Source of the DNA: Sphingomonadaceae bacterium
Lineage (GTDB): Bacteria; Pseudomonadota; Alphaproteobacteria; Sphingomonadales; Sphingomonadaceae
Reading direction: 5' to 3'
NCBI GenBank assembly: GCA_046294735.1
Contig: JBKBKB010000003.1
Span: 228,921-292,920 of the forward strand
Length of the DNA stretch: 64,000 bases
Below the pieces are notes generated by a model, which was not told where the DNA came from, ran no database searches, and saw only the letters and a program-made list of their open reading frames with translations. Made by a program: the position numbers and the translations under genes. Shown one piece after another: positions 42,748 through 51,229 of the stretch. Numbering within the stretch: the first letter of the stretch is position 1; every line of letters starts with the position of its first letter.

Positions 42748-43560
42748 ATGAACGAAACCGTTACTGCAATCCTGCTCGGCATCCTGGAAGGACTGACCGA
42801 ATTCCTGCCCGTATCATCTACGGGGCACCTGATACTTGCGACTGAATTGTTTGGTTATGATGCGGCACAGTGGGCGCAGTTCAACATTGTCATCCAGCTG
42901 GGTGCGATTCTGGCGGTCGTGGTCAGCTATTTTCGCACTTTCTGGACAATGGGTACCGGTCTGCTGCGGTGGGAGCCTACCGCCGTCCGGTTCGTGCGCA
43001 ACATCCTGATCGCCTTCATTCCGGCCGCCGTGATCGGACTGATGGTCAAGGATACGATTGACGTGATGCTCGGATCGCCAAATGTGGTCGCCTGGGCTCT
43101 GGTCATCGGAGGGATTGCCATGCTGGGGCTGGAGAAGACGATCCGCCCGTCCGAGGATTCCGGGGTTGCCGATATACCTTTGAAGAAGGTGATCGGCATC
43201 GGGTTTGTGCAGTGTCTGGCAATGGTTCCCGGCACCAGCCGTTCAGGCGCGACCATCCTCGGCGCATTGGCGATGGGCGTGGGCCGGAAGACAGCGGCCG
43301 AGTTCAGCTTTTTCCTGGCGGTCCCGACCATGCTCGGAGCCGCCACAGTCAAGATCCTTTCCGAACCCGAGAAGCTGTTGAGCGGCGGTGGTCTGATTGG
43401 CTGGGACGAGATTGCGATCGGATTTGTTGCCGCTTTTCTTGTGGCGCTGGCGGTTATCCGTGCGTTTGTCGCCTATGTCACCCGCTACGGTTTTGCACCT
43501 TTCGCCTGGTACCGGATAGTCATCGGTATTGCAGCGATTGTCTGGCTCACCTTGCGGTAG
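42748..43560 (+). CDS. uppP: Undecaprenyl-diphosphate phosphatase
   Basis: GILEGLTEFLPVSSTGHL and PGTSRSGATI. Confidence 0.95.
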   Translation: MNETVTAILLGILEGLTEFLPVSSTGHLILATELFGYDAAQWAQFNIVIQLGAILAVVVSYFRTFWTMGTGLLRWEPTAVRFVRNILIAFIPAAVIGLMVKDTIDVMLGSPNVVAWALVIGGIAMLGLEKTIRPSEDSGVADIPLKKVIGIGFVQCLAMVPGTSRSGATILGALAMGVGRKTAAEFSFFLAVPTMLGAATVKILSEPEKLLSGGGLIGWDEIAIGFVAAFLVALAVIRAFVAYVTRYGFAPFAWYRIVIGIAAIVWLTLR

Positions 43561-43597
43561 CTCAGGCACGACTTGCCGCAAGTAGGGGCCGTGAGGG

Positions 43598-43622
43598 GGA
43601 ACCCCGGCCCGACCGCACCATT
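43598..43622 (+). promoter_or_regulatory. EcfG-like promoter variant GGAAC-N16-CATT upstream of an acidic lipoprotein gene
   Basis: GGAAC at 43598-43602 and CATT at 43619-43622, about 68 nt upstream of ATG 43690. There is one mismatch in the -10 element. Confidence 0.35.
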
Positions 43623-43689
43623 GAGCCGATTGTGGCGCATTTGTACGGGTCGGTCCCGACCTCGCGCCCCGTAAAAAAGGGGAAAGACG

Positions 43690-43941
43690 ATGAAAAAGTT
43701 CATGATTGCTTCGGCTGCAGTTCTGGGTCTTGGCCTTGTTGCGTGCGACGGTCCGCGCGAAAATGCGGCGGAGGACGCAGGCGAGCAGATGGCTGAGGAA
43801 GTGAATGCACAGGCCGAGGCAATGGAAGACGCAGGCCAGATCACTGACGCCCAGGAAGACGCCATGTCCGAGGCCGCCAAAGACAAGGCGGATGCCATGG
43901 AAGACATGGCCGAAGCGGCTGACGAGGCTGTCGGCCAGTAA
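43690..43941 (+). CDS. Small acidic Ala/Glu/Asp-rich lipoprotein
   Basis: Lipobox GLGLVAC. The mature part is E/D/A-rich with repeated AMED motifs. GGGGAAAG lies upstream of the ATG. Confidence 0.7.
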   Translation: MKKFMIASAAVLGLGLVACDGPRENAAEDAGEQMAEEVNAQAEAMEDAGQITDAQEDAMSEAAKDKADAMEDMAEAADEAVGQ

Positions 43942-43962
43942 GTCTGGATGGTTACAGCGAGC

Positions 43963-43997
43963 GCGGCCCGGGAGCGATTCCGGGCCGCTTTCGTTTG
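43963..43997 (+). terminator. Rho-independent terminator
   Basis: GCGGCCCGG (43963-43971) pairs with CCGGGCCGC (43980-43988) and is followed by TTTCGTTTG. Confidence 0.7.
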
Positions 43998-44013
43998 TCG
44001 TCCCAGCCAGCGG

Positions 44014-44955
44014 TCAGACCGGCAGGGCGCCGCTCCCGCGGCCACCGCGCAGCAGGTATTCCTGCGTGCCGCGATGCAGCACGTCGTCGACATCGATCAC
44101 CGCCGAATTGGCGTAAGTGAATGCCGGGGCAAGGCTGCGGTAGAGCCGGTCGAAATCGCGCTCGACCGTCTGCCGGTAGAGATCCTCGAAGCTCTCGATC
44201 ACGAAGTAGGTCGGCTGAAGATCGCTGATCACATAGTCGGTCCGCATCACACGATCGACATTGAGCATGATCCGGTTCGGACTCTGCGCCTCGATCGCAT
44301 AGACTGCTTCGGTCGGGCCGGACAGGATTCCGGCGCCATAGGCGCGCAGGTCCTTGCCATGCTCGAGGATCAGCCCGAACTCCACCGTGTACCAATAGAG
44401 CGCGCCGAGCGCCTTCAAGCGGTTGTAGCGCATCGCCTTCCACCCGGCGCGGCCATATTCCTGCATGTAGTCGGCATAGACCGGGTCGGCCAGCATCGGC
44501 ACGTGCCCGAACACGTCGTGGAATACGTCAGGCTCCTGGATGTAATCAAATGTTTCTCGGGTGCGGATGAAGTTGCCCGCCGGGAACCGTCGGTTGGCAA
44601 GGTGCCAGAAGAACACGTGATCGGGGATCAGCATCGGCACCGGCACAACGCTCCACCCCGTGAGCGAGCCCAGCTCCTCCGACAGCTTGGCAAACTCCGG
44701 CACACCGCCCCTGCCCAGGTCCAGCCGGTCAAGGCCGGACAGAAACGCACTCGCCGCTCGTCCCGGCAGCACATCGACCTGACGCGCGAACAGGTCATCC
44801 CAGATCGCGTCGTCCTCGCTCGAATAGGCGGTTTGGGCCGGTTCCAGCCAGTCCTCACCCACATGCGCCGGGCGCTTGAGCGGCGCAGTGAAGACATCGG
44901 CCGGCATTTCCGGCAGGACAGTGAAATCGGATTCGGGGTTCGCGAGCGTAGCCAT
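44014..44955 (-). CDS. phhA: Phenylalanine 4-monooxygenase
   Basis: PDVFHDVFGHVPML...YWYTVEFGL (iron-binding His/Glu region). ATG 44955 lies inside track ORF 44014..45504. Confidence 0.9.
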   Translation of the reverse strand: MATLANPESDFTVLPEMPADVFTAPLKRPAHVGEDWLEPAQTAYSSEDDAIWDDLFARQVDVLPGRAASAFLSGLDRLDLGRGGVPEFAKLSEELGSLTGWSVVPVPMLIPDHVFFWHLANRRFPAGNFIRTRETFDYIQEPDVFHDVFGHVPMLADPVYADYMQEYGRAGWKAMRYNRLKALGALYWYTVEFGLILEHGKDLRAYGAGILSGPTEAVYAIEAQSPNRIMLNVDRVMRTDYVISDLQPTYFVIESFEDLYRQTVERDFDRLYRSLAPAFTYANSAVIDVDDVLHRGTQEYLLRGGRGSGALPV

Positions 44956-45013
44956 GGTTTCAGTTGCAACCATTAGCACTTTGCGGGCGCGCTGACAAAC
45001 AGGAGGGCACCCA

Positions 45014-45793
45014 TTGGAAAAGCTGAAAGGTAAGCAATACGCCGAATTGCTCGAGCCGCTGGAGGAAGAACTGGTGGCCATGGCGCGCTGGGCCAGGGCC
45101 ACCGGCGCGCGCATCTGCGTACTGTTCGAAGGGCGCGATACGGCGGGCAAGGGGGGCGCGATCAAGGCGGTGGGCGAGCGGCTCAATCCGCGCCAGTGCC
45201 ATGTGGTGGCGCTGCCCAAGCCAACCGAGCAGGAACGCGGCCAGTGGTACTTCCAGCGGTTCGTGCCGCATCTGCCCGGCGCGGGCGAGATCGTGCTGTT
45301 CGACCGCAGCTGGTACAACCGGGCCGGGGTCGAGAAGGTTATGGGTTTTGCCAGCGAGGCCGAAGTGGAGCGGTTCCTGGAAGCTGCGCCCGCGTTCGAG
45401 AAACAGTTGGTCGAAGACGGCATCCTGCTTTTCAAGTACTGGCTTACCGCTGACCAGGCGCAGCAGGAAGAGCGGCTGGCCGAACGGCTGGACGATCCGC
45501 TCAAACGCTGGAAGCTGTCCCCGATCGATCTCGCCGCGCGGCAAAGATATGCCGCCTACACCGAAGCGCGCGAGGCGATGCTGGCGGCGACCCATACCGC
45601 ATGGGCGCCGTGGACGCTGGTCGATTTCAATGACCAGCGGCGCGGTCGGCTGACCCTGATCCGCGATTTGCTGGACCGTCTGCCCGATACCCAAGTCGAG
45701 CCGGAACCGCTGGATTTTCCGCCACTTGGACACGAACCGTTGAAGGAGCAGTTCGGAGTGATCCAGCCGATTGCCCCTTATCCGCTCAGTTGA
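45014..45793 (+). CDS. ppk2: Polyphosphate kinase 2
   Basis: Walker A-like FEGRDTAGKGG, plus YFQRF and FDRSWYNRAGVE. TTG start with AGGAGG upstream. Confidence 0.9.
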   Translation: MEKLKGKQYAELLEPLEEELVAMARWARATGARICVLFEGRDTAGKGGAIKAVGERLNPRQCHVVALPKPTEQERGQWYFQRFVPHLPGAGEIVLFDRSWYNRAGVEKVMGFASEAEVERFLEAAPAFEKQLVEDGILLFKYWLTADQAQQEERLAERLDDPLKRWKLSPIDLAARQRYAAYTEAREAMLAATHTAWAPWTLVDFNDQRRGRLTLIRDLLDRLPDTQVEPEPLDFPPLGHEPLKEQFGVIQPIAPYPLS

Positions 45794-46643
45794 GGATAGC
45801 GCTGGCTTTTAGTGTCTGGCGGCCGTCGCTGGCGAACGAGCCGAGTTCCAGCATTTCGCTGGTTTCGCGCAAGGCCAGGTGCAGCGGCTCGCCTGCGATG
45901 GCCGGGCTGACAGCTCGAAAATTGAAGGATTTTAACTGGTTGTCACTGTAGCCCTTCCCGGCCAGTTGCAGCAGCAAGGTGGCGATCAGGGGGCCGTGGA
46001 CCACGAGCCCGCGATAACGCTCGACATCGCGGGCATAGGGCGCGTCGTAGTGGATGCGGTGGGTGTTGAAGGTCAGTGCGGAATAGCGGAACAGCAGAGC
46101 TTCGGAAGGCACGATCGTTTTCACCATGTCCCAGTTCGACATGTCGAATTCATCATCATCATTTGGTGCAGGCGGGCTGAGCGCTGCATCAGGCAGACTT
46201 GCGTCGCGATAGACCAGCGTCTGCTTCTCGCGCACTGCTTCGACATCGTCGGCAATGGTGACATGTTCAACCTCAACGAAGCCGAGCTTGCCGGTGGTGC
46301 CGTCCTTTTCCGTCACTGAGACAATCCGGCTGGTTCGTTCGATCTGCGCGCCCACCGTGATCGGGGCGAGAAAGGCAATGTCGCTCGCTGCCCACATCCG
46401 GCGCGGCAGGGGTATCGGGGGGAAGAAGCTTGCGGGGCTGTCGTCCCGCGCGGGATGGCCGTCGATGCCCAGAGCAGCGGTGGGGGCTTCAGGCGTGCAG
46501 AGGCAGAAGTGGATGCCCTGCGGCATAACGCCGTCAGACGGAGCAGCCCGGTCAAGCGCAGCCAGCCAGCGTCGGCACATTGCCGCGTCGACCCGATCGG
46601 TGCGGACCTCAGTGCGCCCGGTCCACGAATCCCAGGACCCCAT
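45786..46643 (-). CDS. Double hot-dog MaoC-like acyl dehydratase / enoyl-CoA hydratase
   Basis: The C-terminal half reads FRYSALTFNTHRIHYDAPYARDVERYRGLVVHGPL. Its ATG 46643 overlaps the thiolase stop (TGATG). Confidence 0.7.
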   Translation of the reverse strand: MGSWDSWTGRTEVRTDRVDAAMCRRWLAALDRAAPSDGVMPQGIHFCLCTPEAPTAALGIDGHPARDDSPASFFPPIPLPRRMWAASDIAFLAPITVGAQIERTSRIVSVTEKDGTTGKLGFVEVEHVTIADDVEAVREKQTLVYRDASLPDAALSPPAPNDDDEFDMSNWDMVKTIVPSEALLFRYSALTFNTHRIHYDAPYARDVERYRGLVVHGPLIATLLLQLAGKGYSDNQLKSFNFRAVSPAIAGEPLHLALRETSEMLELGSFASDGRQTLKASAILN

Positions 46644-47857
46644 CACGCGGCCCGTTCGAATACAGCGGCCATGCCCTGCCCACCGCCAATGCACATGGTC
46701 TCAAGACCGTAGCGCGCTCCGCGTCGGTGCATCTCGTGCGCCATGTCGGCGAGGATACGCCCACCGGTTGCCCCAATCGGGTGGCCGAGTGAAATGCCCG
46801 AGCCGTTGACGTTAAGGAGTTCGCGGCGGCTGTCGTTCTCCGACCAGCCCCAGCCCTTGAGCACCGCGAGCACCTGCGGCGCAAAAGCCTCGTTCAGTTC
46901 CACCAGATCGATCTGGCCCCAGTCCATGCCGGTGCGGGCAAACAGACGCTCAACCGCCGGGACCGGGCCGATGCCCATGCGGCTGGGATCGCACCCGGCG
47001 GCTGCCCAGCCGGTGAACCACAGCATCGGTTCGAGGCCCAGCTCCTCCAGCTTGTCTTCCGCCACCACCAGACAGGCGGCGGCGGCATCGTTCTGCTGGC
47101 TCGCATTGCCCGCGGTGACCACGCCGCCTTCAAGAGCGCGCAAGGCACCGAGGCTGTCCATGCTCGCATCGGGCCGAAAGCCCTCGTCGCGGGTGAACAG
47201 CACCGGCTCGCCCTTCCGCTGCGGCACGGCGACAGGGACCAGTTGCGCATCGAACCTGCCCGCATCCCAGGCGGCGGCGGCGTTCTGGTGGCTGCGCACG
47301 GCAAAGGCATCGCAGGCCTCGCGGCTGATATCGTAATCCTTCGCCAGGTTCTCTGCCGTTTCGATCATCCCGGAAATCACCCCGAACCGCTCGACCGGCT
47401 GGCTCATCACCCGGCCCCGCGTGAGCCGGTCATGCAGGGTGAGGTTGCCCGCCTTGATCCCCTGGCGCACGTCGGTGGTGTAGTGTTCGACGTTCGACAT
47501 CGATTCGACCCCGCCTGCCACCACGCAATCAGCCACTCCCGTCTGGACCATCATCGCCGCGTTGGCCACGGCCTGAAGGCCCGATCCGCAGCGCCGGTCA
47601 ACCTGGTAACCCGGCACTTCCAGCGGCAGCCCGGCAGCGAGCCAGGCCCAGTGGCCGATCGCCGGGGCTTCGCCATTGCCGTAACCCTGGCTGAATACGA
47701 CATCGTCGACCCGTTCCGGGTCCACCCCGCTGCGCTCGATTAGCGCCTTCAGAATAACCGCGCCAAGCTGGCCGGCATTCATGCTCGCAAGCGAGCCCAT
47801 GAACCGGCCCACCGGGGTGCGGAGGGGTGAGCAGATGGCAACGCGTCTGGGGGTCAT
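46643..47857 (-). CDS. Acetyl-CoA C-acyltransferase (thiolase)
   Basis: VDRRCGSGLQA, NGSGISLGHPIGATG and CIGGGQG. Confidence 0.9.
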   Translation of the reverse strand: MTPRRVAICSPLRTPVGRFMGSLASMNAGQLGAVILKALIERSGVDPERVDDVVFSQGYGNGEAPAIGHWAWLAAGLPLEVPGYQVDRRCGSGLQAVANAAMMVQTGVADCVVAGGVESMSNVEHYTTDVRQGIKAGNLTLHDRLTRGRVMSQPVERFGVISGMIETAENLAKDYDISREACDAFAVRSHQNAAAAWDAGRFDAQLVPVAVPQRKGEPVLFTRDEGFRPDASMDSLGALRALEGGVVTAGNASQQNDAAAACLVVAEDKLEELGLEPMLWFTGWAAAGCDPSRMGIGPVPAVERLFARTGMDWGQIDLVELNEAFAPQVLAVLKGWGWSENDSRRELLNVNGSGISLGHPIGATGGRILADMAHEMHRRGARYGLETMCIGGGQGMAAVFERAA

Positions 47858-47889
47858 GCTTCCGTATTCCTAACCGAGGTGGTGAAAAG

Positions 47890-49119
47890 TCAACGCGCTT
47901 GATCCGACAGCGCCACCGTGCCGGCATCGATCAGTTTCGCGATCGCGCCGGAGGACAGACCCAGCCGTTCGCTCAGCACTTCCTCGCTGTGCTGGCCAAG
48001 GTAAGGCGCAGGCTTCGGGTCGCCTGGTTCATGCCCGTGCCGCCTGGCGAAACTGCGGGTGGCGGGATAGGTGAAGCCGCTTGGGTTGGCGGGGGAAGGG
48101 CCGAACAGCGGGTTTTCGCCCACCAGCACAGGGTCGTTGGCCGCCTCGTGCATGGTGCGATAACGCTCGAAAGTGCAGCCCTGCGCTGCCATCCGCTGTG
48201 ACAGCTCGGCCCAGTCGAGTGCGTCCGCCGCCTGTTGGAACAGCGCAAACAGCCGTGCCCGGTGGTCGAAGCGGGGCGTATCGCCATCGGCAAACCGCAC
48301 ACCCAGTTCAGCCTCCAGCGCCTCGATCTCTGCCGCGTTGCCGAAGGCAGCAATCAGCCCGTCCCACTGCTTGGGGGTGAGCGCGGCGACCATGAAGCGG
48401 ACCCTGTCACGGCTACGGAAATCGCGCCCGAACGCGCCCCATATTGCGTTTCCGAGCCGCTGGCGGTCGCTGCCGCGATAGAGCATTTCTGCCATCGACC
48501 CGCTGTTGGCCATGGTCCCGATCGCGACATCGCCCAGCGGCAGGCGCAGCTCGCTGCCCTCGCCGGTGCGGGCACGGTGGTGGAGCGCGGCCATCAGCGC
48601 GAAGGCGCCGTAGGCCCCGGTGATGAAATCCCACGCCGGCAGCACCTGGTTGACCGGCGGTGCAGTTGCCGGGTCCCAGTCCTCCGGCCCGCACATCAGC
48701 GGATAACCGCTCGCGGCGTTGACGGTGAAGTCCATCGCCTGGCGCCCGTCGTGCCAGCCCATGACTCTCAAAGAGACCATGTCGGGCCGCCTTCTGGATA
48801 GGGCATCGTGGCTGAGGAAGCTGCGCTCGGGCAGGTTGGTGACCAGCTGGCCGGTGGCCCGGGCCAGTTCGACCACCAATTCGCGCCCTTCACCTGATTG
48901 CAGGTCGAGCGCGACCGATTTCTTGGCGCGGTTGAGGTTTTCCCAGCTTAGCGAGCGGCCTTCCGCCGTCAGCATGTAGCGCTGGTAGTCGAGCCCGCCC
49001 GCCTTGTGGTCAACCCGGATTACCTCAGCGCCCATCTGCGCGCAGTAGAGCCCGACAGTGGGCGAGGCGACGAAGCTGGAGACCTCGATCAGCGAAAGGT
49101 CCGGCAGGAGGTTATACAT
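47890..49119 (-). CDS. Family III CoA-transferase (CaiB/BaiF)
   Basis: Typical N-terminus L..L.LIEVSSFVASP..G.....MGAEVIRV, then NRAKKSVALDL. Confidence 0.82.
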   Translation of the reverse strand: MYNLLPDLSLIEVSSFVASPTVGLYCAQMGAEVIRVDHKAGGLDYQRYMLTAEGRSLSWENLNRAKKSVALDLQSGEGRELVVELARATGQLVTNLPERSFLSHDALSRRRPDMVSLRVMGWHDGRQAMDFTVNAASGYPLMCGPEDWDPATAPPVNQVLPAWDFITGAYGAFALMAALHHRARTGEGSELRLPLGDVAIGTMANSGSMAEMLYRGSDRQRLGNAIWGAFGRDFRSRDRVRFMVAALTPKQWDGLIAAFGNAAEIEALEAELGVRFADGDTPRFDHRARLFALFQQAADALDWAELSQRMAAQGCTFERYRTMHEAANDPVLVGENPLFGPSPANPSGFTYPATRSFARRHGHEPGDPKPAPYLGQHSEEVLSERLGLSSGAIAKLIDAGTVALSDQAR

Positions 49120-49280
49120 CGGATTGGAGACCTATCTTGATTGCCGCATCACACGGCCCGTAGGGCCGCAAGCGCGACTGCGCGCCCGCAGCGGAAGCGA
49201 AGCTGAACCGCCGAAGGCGGGACACCGGGCCTTCAGGCCCCATGAGCGAGAAATTCGCAGCCTGGATGGGCTGCGGAACA

Positions 49281-50468
49281 TCAAGACTCCCTCCATTCGC
49301 GCAGCATATGCTTGGCGATCTGCAGCTGGAGGATCTGCGTTGTCCCTTCGTAGATGCGGTAGATCCGGGCATCGCGGAAGAACCGCTCGGCATCGTATTC
49401 AGCCAGATATCCCGCCCCGCCGTAGATCTGCACCACCCGGTCGACCACCCGGCCGCACATCTCGCTGGCAAACACCTTGAAGGCGGCAGCCTTGACCAGG
49501 ATGTTCTCGCCCCGGTCGGCCCGCGCAGTAACATCGGCCATCATGCATTCGGCAGCGTAGATTTCTGTCTCGCTGTCAGCCAGCATCTGCTGGATCAACT
49601 GGAAATTGGCGATCGGCTCGCCAAAGGCCTTGCGTTCGTTGGCATAGCGCAGCGCGGAATCGAGTGCGCGCCGGGCATAGCCGGTGCTGGCCGCGCCCAC
49701 CGAAATGCGGCCGTTGTCGAGGCTCTTCATCGCGAACACGAAGCCCTGGCCGGTTTCCCCGCCCAGCAGCGCTTCGCCGGGCACATGGACATCCTCCAGG
49801 ATCACGTCGGAAATATGCGCGCCAGCCTGGCCCATCTTCTTGTCCGGGCTGCCGGTCGAGACGCCGGGCGTGTCCATCGGCACGATAAAGGCGGAAACAT
49901 GGGCGTTCTTGGGCAGCGCCTCTTTTTCCGTGCGCGCCATGATCAGCGCGACATTGGCGTGCGGGGCATTGGTGATGTAGCGCTTGGTGCCGTTGAGGAT
50001 CCAGCCGTTGCCGGATGGGTCGGGCCGGGCGAAAGTCTGCATCGCCGCGCTGTCGGAGCCGGAGCCAGGCTCGGTCAGGCCGAAGCAGGCAATCGCTCCG
50101 GCCGCGATGCGCGGCCACCATTCGGCCTTCTGTGCCTCGGTGCCGCCGTTCTTGATCGCGGAATTGAACATGCCGACGTTGATCGAGAAGATCGACCGGA
50201 AGGCAGGCGCGGCATAGCTCATGCTCCTGACCGTGCGTGCATATTGCGTAGTGTTGAGCCCCGCGCCGCCATATTCCTCCGGGACGGTCAGGCCGAACAG
50301 CCCCATGTCCTTCATTTCCTGCAGGATATCGTCCGGCACGCGGTCGTTCTCGATCGTGTCACGTTCGGCCGGGATCAACCGTTCGCGGACGTAGCGGTCA
50401 AGCTGGTCGATGAATTGTTCGAAGGTTTCGGCGTCCATTCCGTGCTGGCCTATGCCGTTCTGGCTCAT
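49281..50468 (-). CDS. Acyl-CoA dehydrogenase
   Basis: CFGLTEPGSGSDSAAM, QLIQQMLADSETEIYAAE and IYEGTTQI. Confidence 0.9.
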   Translation of the reverse strand: MSQNGIGQHGMDAETFEQFIDQLDRYVRERLIPAERDTIENDRVPDDILQEMKDMGLFGLTVPEEYGGAGLNTTQYARTVRSMSYAAPAFRSIFSINVGMFNSAIKNGGTEAQKAEWWPRIAAGAIACFGLTEPGSGSDSAAMQTFARPDPSGNGWILNGTKRYITNAPHANVALIMARTEKEALPKNAHVSAFIVPMDTPGVSTGSPDKKMGQAGAHISDVILEDVHVPGEALLGGETGQGFVFAMKSLDNGRISVGAASTGYARRALDSALRYANERKAFGEPIANFQLIQQMLADSETEIYAAECMMADVTARADRGENILVKAAAFKVFASEMCGRVVDRVVQIYGGAGYLAEYDAERFFRDARIYRIYEGTTQILQLQIAKHMLREWRES

Positions 50469-50498
50469 GGCGATCGGGTTCCTCTCGTGATCGGCGTG

Positions 50499-50714
50499 TT
50501 ATTGTGTGGGCGGCTCGGCCTTGCCCGATGCGTCCTCGTCTGGCGGGCGGTCGGACAGCGCATCGTCCGGCAGACGACGCTCCTCCAGCATCTCGGCGGC
50601 TTCATCCAGCGCCTTGGCTTCGTCCACTGTCACGCCGCCTGGACCTGGGTCATTACCCGCCGGCCCGCAGGCTGCCAGAGCAAGGACGGCCAGTATCGTT
50701 CCGAAACGCATCAT
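50499..50714 (-). CDS. Small acidic lipoprotein
   Basis: MMRFGTILAVLALAACG lipobox. I prefer ATG 50714 because the track start 50741 lies inside the upstream terminator. Confidence 0.6.
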   Translation of the reverse strand: MMRFGTILAVLALAACGPAGNDPGPGGVTVDEAKALDEAAEMLEERRLPDDALSDRPPDEDASGKAEPPTQ

Positions 50715-50740
50715 GAGGTGACCATAGCGAACAGACTGCA

Positions 50741-50778
50741 AAGGAAAAGCGGGCGAATCGGATGTCCGATCCGCCCGC
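50741..50778 (-). terminator. Rho-independent terminator after the 98-aa lipoprotein gene
   Basis: The plus-strand arms GCGGGCGAATCGG (50749-50761) and CCGATCCGCCCGC (50766-50778) form a 13-bp stem with one G-U pair. The minus-strand transcript continues UUUUCCUU. Confidence 0.7.
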
Positions 50779-50804
50779 CTGCCGTTTTCAGCTGAAACCT
50801 GGCG

Positions 50805-51101
50805 TTACTCGGCTGCGTCCGCAGCGCTCGCGGCGGCTGCCGCTTCCACCGCCGCGGCCGCCGCGGCAGCGGCTTCTCCGGCCTGGTCAGCGGTCTGGTT
50901 GGCAGTATTGCCGGCGGGTTCCGGCGTGGCTGTAGCGGCCGGATCGGCGACTGGTTCTTCCGGCACTTCAGCCATGGCTTCATCAGCGGGCAGTTCAACC
51001 GTATCGGCTGTCGCTTCGGCCGAAGCATCGTCGGCACTACCGCACGCGGCGAGCGAAAGCGCAAAAACGGCAGCGGTAGCGGCCTGGGTAATCTTCTTCA
51101 T
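50805..51101 (-). CDS. Small acidic Ala-rich lipoprotein
   Basis: MKKITQAATAAVFALSLAACG lipobox. The mature part is A/E/D/P/T-rich. Confidence 0.7.
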   Translation of the reverse strand: MKKITQAATAAVFALSLAACGSADDASAEATADTVELPADEAMAEVPEEPVADPAATATPEPAGNTANQTADQAGEAAAAAAAAVEAAAAASAADAAE

Positions 51102-51229
51102 CGGTATCTCCTGGGTGATCGAATGGGTGTTGCTGGCAAATTAGCGCCGGTCGCAGCATGCTACAAACGGGAAAACCGCCCGATGCACGGTTTTCGTCAT
51201 CGGCCGCATGTGCCATCGCCCGCGCACCG

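Noticed and set aside
51102-51229. LexA/SOS box upstream of recQ.
   Set aside because: No GTTC-N7-GTTC (alphaproteobacterial) or CTGT-N8-ACAG motif is present. Only the unrelated GAAAACCG palindrome was found, and it is reported separately.
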